A stretch of 64,000 bases of DNA from Candidatus Binatia bacterium. Its GTDB lineage: Bacteria; Desulfobacterota; Binatia; UBA1149; CAITLU01. The notes under the pieces were generated by a model that did no database searches, was not told the DNA's origin, and worked only from the letters and a program-made list of their open reading frames with translations. A program made the translations under genes and the position numbers. This document shows positions 57,482-64,000 of the stretch, one piece after another. Where the stretch lies: positions 22,054 to 86,053 of the forward strand of contig DASXOZ010000041.1 of the NCBI GenBank assembly GCA_036493895.1, read 5' to 3'. Each line of letters opens with the position of its first letter. Position 1 is the first letter of the stretch.

Positions 57482-59371
57482 TCAGATTTCTACTTGCTGG
57501 CCGATCTCGATGACCCGGTTCGGCGGAACGCCGAGGTGGAGATAGGCGCCGTACGCATTGCGGAACAGGAAATCGTAGACGTACTTGCGCCAGGTGGCCA
57601 GGTCCTTCTTCTCGCCGATGATCAGCGTCTCGCGGCCGAAGAAGTACGTGGCCTGGTGCTCGTCGAACTCCACCCCCTGCTTCACCGCGAGCTCCAGCAC
57701 GTGCGCGACGCTCGGCGTCTCCATGAAGCCGTATTGCGCGACGATCCGGATGAAATTGTCGCGGTAGCGGTGGATGCGCAGGCGATGTTCGTCCTCGACG
57801 TGAGGGACGTCTGCGGTGCGCAGCGTGACCAGCAGGACGCGCTCGTGCAGCACCTTGTTGTGCTTGATGTTGTGCAGCAGGGTGCGAGGCACGCCGGCCC
57901 CGCGCGCGTCCATCACCACCGCGGTGCCCGGCACCCGCGTCAGAGGATGCGCATCGAGGTCTGCCAGGAAGTATTCCACCGGAAGGCGCGCGGCCGTCGC
58001 GTACTCGTCGAGCAGGTCGGCGCCGCGGCGCCACGTCGTCATCACGAGGTAGGTGCCGACGGCGACGGCCAGCGGGACCCAGCCGCCATCGGCAATCTTG
58101 GTCGAAGCGGCCACGAAGAACGCGACGTCGACGACGAAGAACGGTCCGGCCAGCGCGATGGCGCCGGCCTTCGAGAATCCCCAGCGCCGGCGCGCGCATA
58201 CACCGGCCAGCATCGTCGTGACGACCATCGTGAGCGCCACCGCGATGCCGTACGCGCCGGCCAGCGCACCCGACGATCCGAATGCGATGACCAGCGCTAT
58301 GGTCGCGACGAACAGGATCCAGTTGACCACCGGTACGTAGACCTGGCCGATCTGGTGCGCAGACGAATGCAGGATCTCGACGCGCGGCTGGTACCCGAGC
58401 TGCAGCGCCTGGCGCGACAGCGAGAACACCCCCGAGATGATTGCCTGCGAAGCGATGACGGTGGCTGCCGTCGCCAGCATCACCAGCGGGTAGAGCATCC
58501 ACGACGGCGCCATGTTGAAGAACGGATTGTTGATCGCTTCGGGATGGGTCAGCAGCAGCGCGCCCTGGCCGAAGTAGCACAGCACCAGCGACGGCCCCGC
58601 CAGGACCAGCCACGCGATGCGGATCGGGCGGCGCCCGAAGTGCCCCATGTCGGCGTAGAGCGCCTCGGCACCGGTGACGACGAGCAGCACGGAGCCGAGC
58701 ACGAGGAAGCCTTCGAGGCCGTTTTTCATGAAAAACACGGCGCCGTCCCACGGGTTGAGCGCCGCCAGCACCATCGGCGCCTGCGCGATCCACTCGATCC
58801 CGAGCAGTCCGAGAACGAGAAACCAGACGAGCATGATCGGGCCGAATACCGCACCGACCTTGCCGGTGCCGTGGCGCTGCACCCAGAACAGCCCCGTCAG
58901 CACCGCGATCGAGATCGGCACGATGAACGGAGTGAATAGCGGCGTCGCCAGCTCCAGCCCTTCGACGGCGCTCAGCACCGAGATCGCCGGCGTGATCATT
59001 CCGTCGCCGTAGAGCAGCGTCGCTCCGAACAGGCCGCAGGCCACCAGCCAGACGTTGCGCCGGTCTCGGCGCCGGTCGGGCGGCACGTCCAGCGTCATCA
59101 ACGCCAGGATGCCGCCTTCGCCACCGTTGTCGGCGTTCATCACGAAGAACAGGTACTTGAAGGTGACGACGATGATCAGTGACCAGACGATCACCGACAG
59201 CAGGCCGAGCACGTTCGGCGGCGTCACGGCCAGGCCGTGATGCTCGAAGCACTCGCGGAATGCATACAGTGGGCTCGTGCCGATGTCGCCGAAGACGACA
59301 CCGATGGCACCGACCACGAGCGTCGCCAGACGGCCACTGTGCTGCGCGTCGGACGCGCCGGACTCGCTCAA
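57482..59371 (-). CDS. kup: KUP/HAK/KT potassium uptake transporter
   Basis: Motifs GDIGTSPLYAF and GGEGGILAL, 12 TM region plus cytoplasmic C-domain. Confidence 0.9.
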   Translation of the reverse strand: MSESGASDAQHSGRLATLVVGAIGVVFGDIGTSPLYAFRECFEHHGLAVTPPNVLGLLSVIVWSLIIVVTFKYLFFVMNADNGGEGGILALMTLDVPPDRRRDRRNVWLVACGLFGATLLYGDGMITPAISVLSAVEGLELATPLFTPFIVPISIAVLTGLFWVQRHGTGKVGAVFGPIMLVWFLVLGLLGIEWIAQAPMVLAALNPWDGAVFFMKNGLEGFLVLGSVLLVVTGAEALYADMGHFGRRPIRIAWLVLAGPSLVLCYFGQGALLLTHPEAINNPFFNMAPSWMLYPLVMLATAATVIASQAIISGVFSLSRQALQLGYQPRVEILHSSAHQIGQVYVPVVNWILFVATIALVIAFGSSGALAGAYGIAVALTMVVTTMLAGVCARRRWGFSKAGAIALAGPFFVVDVAFFVAASTKIADGGWVPLAVAVGTYLVMTTWRRGADLLDEYATAARLPVEYFLADLDAHPLTRVPGTAVVMDARGAGVPRTLLHNIKHNKVLHERVLLVTLRTADVPHVEDEHRLRIHRYRDNFIRIVAQYGFMETPSVAHVLELAVKQGVEFDEHQATYFFGRETLIIGEKKDLATWRKYVYDFLFRNAYGAYLHLGVPPNRVIEIGQQVEI

Positions 59372-59406
59372 CTACCCTGTCCTCCCCGCCTCCCCCGGCA
59401 ACCGGC

Positions 59407-61488
59407 TCAGGCGTCAGGTCCTTTTCTCTTGGCCGCCTCGGCGACGATCCGCGCCGTCAGTTGCTCGGGCACCGCCTCGTAGTGCGAGAACGAGATGTCG
59501 AAGCTCCCCCGGCCGCTCGTCATCGCCGTCAGGTCGGATGCGTAGCGCAGCACTTCGGCCATCGGCACTTTCGCGCGGATCACCTCGGAATGGCCGCGCT
59601 GCTCCATACCTTCGACCTTCGCGCGGCGCGAATTGAGGTCGCCGAGCACGTCGCCCATGCACGCATCGGGAGCCGTGACGACCAGCGAGCCGAACGGCTC
59701 GAGCAGCACAGGCTTGGCCTGGACGAGCCCTTCCTTGACGGCCATCGAGCCGGCGACCTTGAATGCCATCTCCGACGAATCGACGTCGTGGTATTGCCCA
59801 TCCACGAGCGTCACGCGAACGTCGACGACGGGGTAGCCGCCGAGGGTCCCGCTCCTCAACCCGTCGACGACTCCCTTTTCGATGGCGGGAATGTAGTTCC
59901 TCGGCACCGCGCCGCCGACGATGTGGTCGACGAACTCGAAGCCGCCGCCGCGCGGGAGCGGCTCGATCTCGATCTTGCAGTCGGCGAACTGCCCGTGGCC
60001 GCCGGTCTGCTTCTTCAGGCGCCCGTGCGCAGGCACTTTGGTGCGGATCGTTTCGCGGTACGCCACCTGCGGAGCCTTGAGCACCACACCCACGCCGTAT
60101 TTTCGCTCGAGCCTCTCGCAGGCCACTTCGACGTGAAGCTGGCCACAGCCGGAGACGAGGATCTGGTGGGTCTCCTCGTTGCGGTCTACGCGAAAGGCGA
60201 GGTCTTCTTCGCAAAGGCGCAGCAGGCCCTGCATCGCCTTGTCTTCCTCGCCGCGCTTGCGCGCCTCGACTGCGAACGAGATCGCCGGAGTTACCGGCTC
60301 GAAGCTTTCGATCGCCACCGGTCGCGCGACGTCGCACAGGGTCTGGCCGGCATGCGTGTCGCGCAGCTTGGCCACCGCGATCACCTCGCCGACGGTGGCC
60401 GAGTCCACTGCGTGCGTCTTGCGGCCTTCGAGTTTCAGCAGGTGCCCGAGGCGCTCCTTGTTGCGCGTAGCCGTGTTGACGATCGGCGTCTCGCCGGTGA
60501 CGGTGCCCGACATCACGCGAAACACCGAAAGCTGTCCGACGTGGGGATCGCTGATGGTCTTGAACACGAAGCCTGCGAACGGATCTGTCGGTGACGGGGG
60601 GACCTCGACGTCCTTGCCGTGCTCGTCCGTGCCGCTGGCCGCCGGCAGGGAGGCCGGCGCCGGCATCAGCCACTCGATGGCGTCGAGAAGCTGCGCGATG
60701 CCGACGTTGGCCAGCCCCGATACCGACATCACGGGCTGGCAGCTGCGCGCCATGATGGACTTGGCCAGGCCCTTGACCATGTCGTCGTGGTCGAGGTCGC
60801 CGGCATCGAGGTACTTCTCGAGAAGCTCGTCGTCGCCTTCGGCTGCCGCTTCGGCAAGCTGGCTGCGAAGCTCGGAGGCACGCGCGGCCAGGGACTCCGG
60901 AATCGCGACCGACTTGAATTTGCCGCTCGCGCCTTCGTAGACGAACGCCTTCTGGTCGAGGACGTCCACGACGCCGGTCATCGTGCCGCCTTCGACGATC
61001 GCGATCGTGAGCAGCACCGGTTTGGCCCCGAGCTCCTCGCGAAGCTCGACGAGGCGCGCGTCGACGTCGGCTTCCGAGCGGTCGCACTTGGTGACGACGA
61101 AAATGACAGGCTCGGCCAGATCGGCGGCCCACTTCCATACTTTCGATGCTTCGGCGCGCACGGACGTGCTCGCATCGACCACCTGCAGCACTCCTGCGGC
61201 GCCGCGCAGCGCGTAGTGGGCGTCGGCGACGAAGTTTCCCTGGCCCGGCGTATCAAGGATCGTGATCTCGTGCTTGTCCCACGCGACGTGATGAAGCGCC
61301 GTCGTGATCGTGCAGCGCCGCCGCACCTCCTCCGGCTCGGTGTCGAACAGAGACGTCTCCTCGTCGACCCGGCCGAGGCGGGTCTGCCCTCCCCCGGCGA
61401 AGACAATTGCGTCGGCGATCGTCGTCTTGCCGGCTCCGCCCTGGCCGGCCAGGGCTACGGTTCGGATGCGCGAGGGTTCCAGAGCCAT
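59407..61488 (-). CDS. elongation factor G-like GTPase paralogue with atypical G motifs
   Basis: Five-domain EF-G architecture. G1 is GQGGAGKTT instead of the canonical AHIDAGKTT-type, and switch II is DTPGQ where canonical EF-G has catalytic His (DTPGH). ATG at 61488 verified. Confidence 0.8.
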   Translation of the reverse strand: MALEPSRIRTVALAGQGGAGKTTIADAIVFAGGGQTRLGRVDEETSLFDTEPEEVRRRCTITTALHHVAWDKHEITILDTPGQGNFVADAHYALRGAAGVLQVVDASTSVRAEASKVWKWAADLAEPVIFVVTKCDRSEADVDARLVELREELGAKPVLLTIAIVEGGTMTGVVDVLDQKAFVYEGASGKFKSVAIPESLAARASELRSQLAEAAAEGDDELLEKYLDAGDLDHDDMVKGLAKSIMARSCQPVMSVSGLANVGIAQLLDAIEWLMPAPASLPAASGTDEHGKDVEVPPSPTDPFAGFVFKTISDPHVGQLSVFRVMSGTVTGETPIVNTATRNKERLGHLLKLEGRKTHAVDSATVGEVIAVAKLRDTHAGQTLCDVARPVAIESFEPVTPAISFAVEARKRGEEDKAMQGLLRLCEEDLAFRVDRNEETHQILVSGCGQLHVEVACERLERKYGVGVVLKAPQVAYRETIRTKVPAHGRLKKQTGGHGQFADCKIEIEPLPRGGGFEFVDHIVGGAVPRNYIPAIEKGVVDGLRSGTLGGYPVVDVRVTLVDGQYHDVDSSEMAFKVAGSMAVKEGLVQAKPVLLEPFGSLVVTAPDACMGDVLGDLNSRRAKVEGMEQRGHSEVIRAKVPMAEVLRYASDLTAMTSGRGSFDISFSHYEAVPEQLTARIVAEAAKRKGPDA

Positions 61489-61532
61489 GGCATCACTCCT
61501 GTCTTGCGCTGCGTGCCGGGCCAAACCCGGGT

Positions 61533-62312
61533 TCAGTTCCTTTCATATACCAGCCTGAGCCCTTCCAGAGTCAGGAACTCATCGACATCCTCGATCGTGG
61601 CCGAATGCTGGGCAATTAACGGCGCGAGGCCACCTGTTGCAAGGACGCGGCACTTGATGCCCTCCTCCTTCTCGATCCGGCGCACGACTCCGTCAACGAG
61701 CTCGACGTAACCGTACGAAACGCCGGCCTGGATCGCGTGGACGGTGTTGCGGCCAACCACGCGAGGGGGCCGGGCGATTTCGACACGGGGAAGCTTGGCC
61801 GTGCGCGAATACAGCGCATCGAGCGAAATGCCGATGCCCGGGCAGATCACGCCGCCGACATACTCCCCCTTGGCGGTGATGTAATCGAAGGTCGTCGCCG
61901 TGCCGAAATCGACGACGATGGTCGCCGAGCGCGTGCGCTCGTAGGCGGCAACGGCGTTGACGATGCGGTCGGCACCGACCTCGCGCGGGTTCTCGTAGAG
62001 GATCGGCATTCCGGTCTTGATCCCGGGCCCGACGACCAGCGCGCGCGCGCCGAAGTAGTCGCTGCTGAGCGCCTCGACGGTGCTCGTCAGGGGCGGCACG
62101 ACGCTCGCCACGATCACGCCGTCGACTTTCGGAATCGTGTGGCCTTCGGCCTGGAACAGGCTCCACATGAGGATGCCGTACTCGTCCGATGTCCGCTCGG
62201 CCGCAGTGGTGAGCCGCCAATGGCGCGTCAGGCGCTTGCCGTCGAAAAGCCCGATGACGGTGTTGGTGTTGCCGACATCGAAGGCGAGCAGCAGTCCGTT
62301 TACGGCTGGCAT
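61533..62312 (-). CDS. coaX: type III pantothenate kinase
   Basis: Motifs [15 protein letters not shown] and DFGTATTFD. Confidence 0.9.
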   Translation of the reverse strand: MPAVNGLLLAFDVGNTNTVIGLFDGKRLTRHWRLTTAAERTSDEYGILMWSLFQAEGHTIPKVDGVIVASVVPPLTSTVEALSSDYFGARALVVGPGIKTGMPILYENPREVGADRIVNAVAAYERTRSATIVVDFGTATTFDYITAKGEYVGGVICPGIGISLDALYSRTAKLPRVEIARPPRVVGRNTVHAIQAGVSYGYVELVDGVVRRIEKEEGIKCRVLATGGLAPLIAQHSATIEDVDEFLTLEGLRLVYERN

Positions 62313-63322
62313 CGGTCATAGCCTCCAGAAATGGTCACGTCGCCGGCGACGACGCGTCGCTGCCCACCGCTGCCGTCGTCGATGCGCAGCGCGCCGTCGT
62401 CGTCGATGCCGGCGCAATGTCCTTCGAACGACTCGCCCGGCGAAACGACGCTGACGCGCCGGCCGTCGAGCACCGACAACTCACGCCAGCGCGGCGCGGC
62501 GGCAGAAAACCCGCGTGCGAGCCATTCGTCGTACAGCTGCTCGAAGCGCAGCAGCAACCTGGCGGCAAACGCAGTGCGATCGGCCGGCGAGCCGCGCTCG
62601 ATCAGCACGGAAGTGGCCTTGCCGGCGAGCTGCTTCGAGAAATGCTCCGCTTGCGAGTTCAGATTGACGCCGATGCCTATGACCACAAACGCTGCGCGGT
62701 CGGCCTCGGCCTCGATCTCGGTGAGAATGCCGGCCAGCTTGCGCAGCGACGCCCCGTTGCGGCCGGCGGCCGCCGCGAGCGTGACGACGTCGTTCGGCCA
62801 CTTGATGCGCGCATCGATTCCTTCCTCGCGCACCGTCTCGGCCACCGCGACTCCGGCGACGAGCGAAAGCTGGGGCGCCAGATGCGGCGCGACCGGGGGC
62901 CGCAGCAGCAGCGACATATAGAGGTTGACGCCGCGGCTGGACTCCCAGGTGCGGCCGAGGCGCCCGCGGCCGGCCGTCTGCTCTTCGGCGAGCACGACGG
63001 TGCCTTCGGCGGCGCCTTCGCGCCCGAGTGTCATGGCATCGCTGTTCGTCGACCGCGTGACGTCGAAAATGACGATGCGGCGCCCGATGCGAGCCGGTCC
63101 GAGCCGCGAACGGATCGCGCCTGCCGTCAGCGACGGCGGCAATGCCGCGAGCCTGTAGCCCTTCGCGCGCGCGCCTTCGATCTGGTAGCCGGCGTGCTTG
63201 AGCGCGCCGACGTGCTTCCACACCGCCGCGCGCGAGATGCCCAGTCGCAAGGCCAGCTCTTCGCCGGAGACGAAGCCTTCGGCCTGCTCGAGAGCGGCCA
63301 GGATGCCGCGGCGGCTCGTCAT
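62300..63322 (-). CDS. birA: bifunctional biotin--[acetyl-CoA-carboxylase] ligase / biotin operon repressor
   Basis: N-terminal wHTH, biotin-binding GRGRxG ([11 protein letters not shown]) and KWPND; ATG at 63322 verified; overlaps the coaX start. Confidence 0.85.
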   Translation of the reverse strand: MTSRRGILAALEQAEGFVSGEELALRLGISRAAVWKHVGALKHAGYQIEGARAKGYRLAALPPSLTAGAIRSRLGPARIGRRIVIFDVTRSTNSDAMTLGREGAAEGTVVLAEEQTAGRGRLGRTWESSRGVNLYMSLLLRPPVAPHLAPQLSLVAGVAVAETVREEGIDARIKWPNDVVTLAAAAGRNGASLRKLAGILTEIEAEADRAAFVVIGIGVNLNSQAEHFSKQLAGKATSVLIERGSPADRTAFAARLLLRFEQLYDEWLARGFSAAAPRWRELSVLDGRRVSVVSPGESFEGHCAGIDDDGALRIDDGSGGQRRVVAGDVTISGGYDRCQP

Positions 63323-64000
63323 GCCAGCAGCGTGACCTCCATGCTGACGTCCACCGAACGCGCCGAATGCGTCAGGCGGCCGAGCGAAATCGAATCCGGG
63401 CCGGCCTTCGCGTATTCGACGACGTTGTCGGGACGCACCCCGCCCGAGACTTCGATTCGCGCGCGCCCATCGATCAGCCGCACGGCCTCGGCGACCGCTC
63501 CCGGCGTGAAATTGTCGAGGAGAACCGACGTCGCTCCAGCCTCCAGCGCCGTCGCCACCTGCTCGAGAGTGTCGCACTCGACTTCGACGTCCACGCCGTC
63601 CGGACTGCCGGCGAGAGCCGCACGCACCGCCGCGGCGATGCCGCCGGCGGCGACGACGTGATTGTCCTTGATCAGCACGGCGTCGTGGAGGCCCATGCGG
63701 TGGTTGCTGCCGCCGCCGCACGCGACGGCGTATTTTTCGAGCTTTCGCCATCCAGGCGTCGTCTTTCGCGTATCAAGGATGCGCGTGGAGCAACCGGCCT
63801 CGCGCACCGCGCCGACGATGCGTGCCGTTTCCGTCGCGATTCCGCTCAGCCGCCCGATGAAGTTGAGAAGAGTCCGCTCGAGCGTCAGCACCGCCCACGC
63901 GTCGCCGTCGACGACACAGAGAATGGCGCCTTCGGACGCTCGCGCACCGTCACCGACACTGTCGTGGAAACGAAGCGATGCCGCACCGGCACCGGGTTCT
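63319..64000 (-). CDS. nadC: nicotinate-nucleotide pyrophosphorylase (quinolinate PRTase), 5' end outside window
   Basis: C-terminal ~190 aa of NadC (LLNFIGRLSGIAT, KDNH, LLDNF); the frame continues to the window edge. Confidence 0.8.
   Translation of the reverse strand, partial: EPGAGAASLRFHDSVGDGARASEGAILCVVDGDAWAVLTLERTLLNFIGRLSGIATETARIVGAVREAGCSTRILDTRKTTPGWRKLEKYAVACGGGSNHRMGLHDAVLIKDNHVVAAGGIAAAVRAALAGSPDGVDVEVECDTLEQVATALEAGATSVLLDNFTPGAVAEAVRLIDGRARIEVSGGVRPDNVVEYAKAGPDSISLGRLTHSARSVDVSMEVTLLA

Overview
High-GC (~70%) bacterial chromosome segment of 64 kb, densely coding. At least 50 of the ~53 genes I call are on the minus strand. The six-frame track is full of long spurious ORFs, typical of high-GC DNA. 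I called genes only where the translation shows recognisable family motifs, and I resolved internal start codons by motif position and RBS. Internal start coordinates were counted back from ORF-track stops and may be off by 1-3 nt. Content, left to right: an NtrC-family regulator 3' end, thiE, an intein-containing dnaB, a split B12-dependent acyl-CoA mutase with a thiolase and a cytoplasmic BtuF-like protein, an LtaS/OpgB-like membrane phosphotransferase, glpX-thrC-hom, lipA, recG, a type III PKS phenolic-lipid cluster (ftpABCDE-like, with an in-frame 27-bp tandem repeat), an AraC regulator with a divergent SAM methyltransferase, a secreted low-complexity aromatic-rich protein, pyrR-pyrB-pyrC-carA-carB with a PyrR-type attenuator, a four-gene module (HlyD adaptor, FtsX permease, ABC ATPase-GAF fusion, cNMP-binding patatin lipase), lepA-lepB, a UDP-xylose/glycosyltransferase/lipid-kinase/MTA-salvage run, rlmN, ndk, sucDC, mdh, icd, kup, an atypical EF-G paralogue, coaX, birA and partial nadC. 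The ftp-like cluster and codon style suggest a myxobacterium-like deltaproteobacterium, but this is not established. No rRNA, tRNA or CRISPR array was seen.
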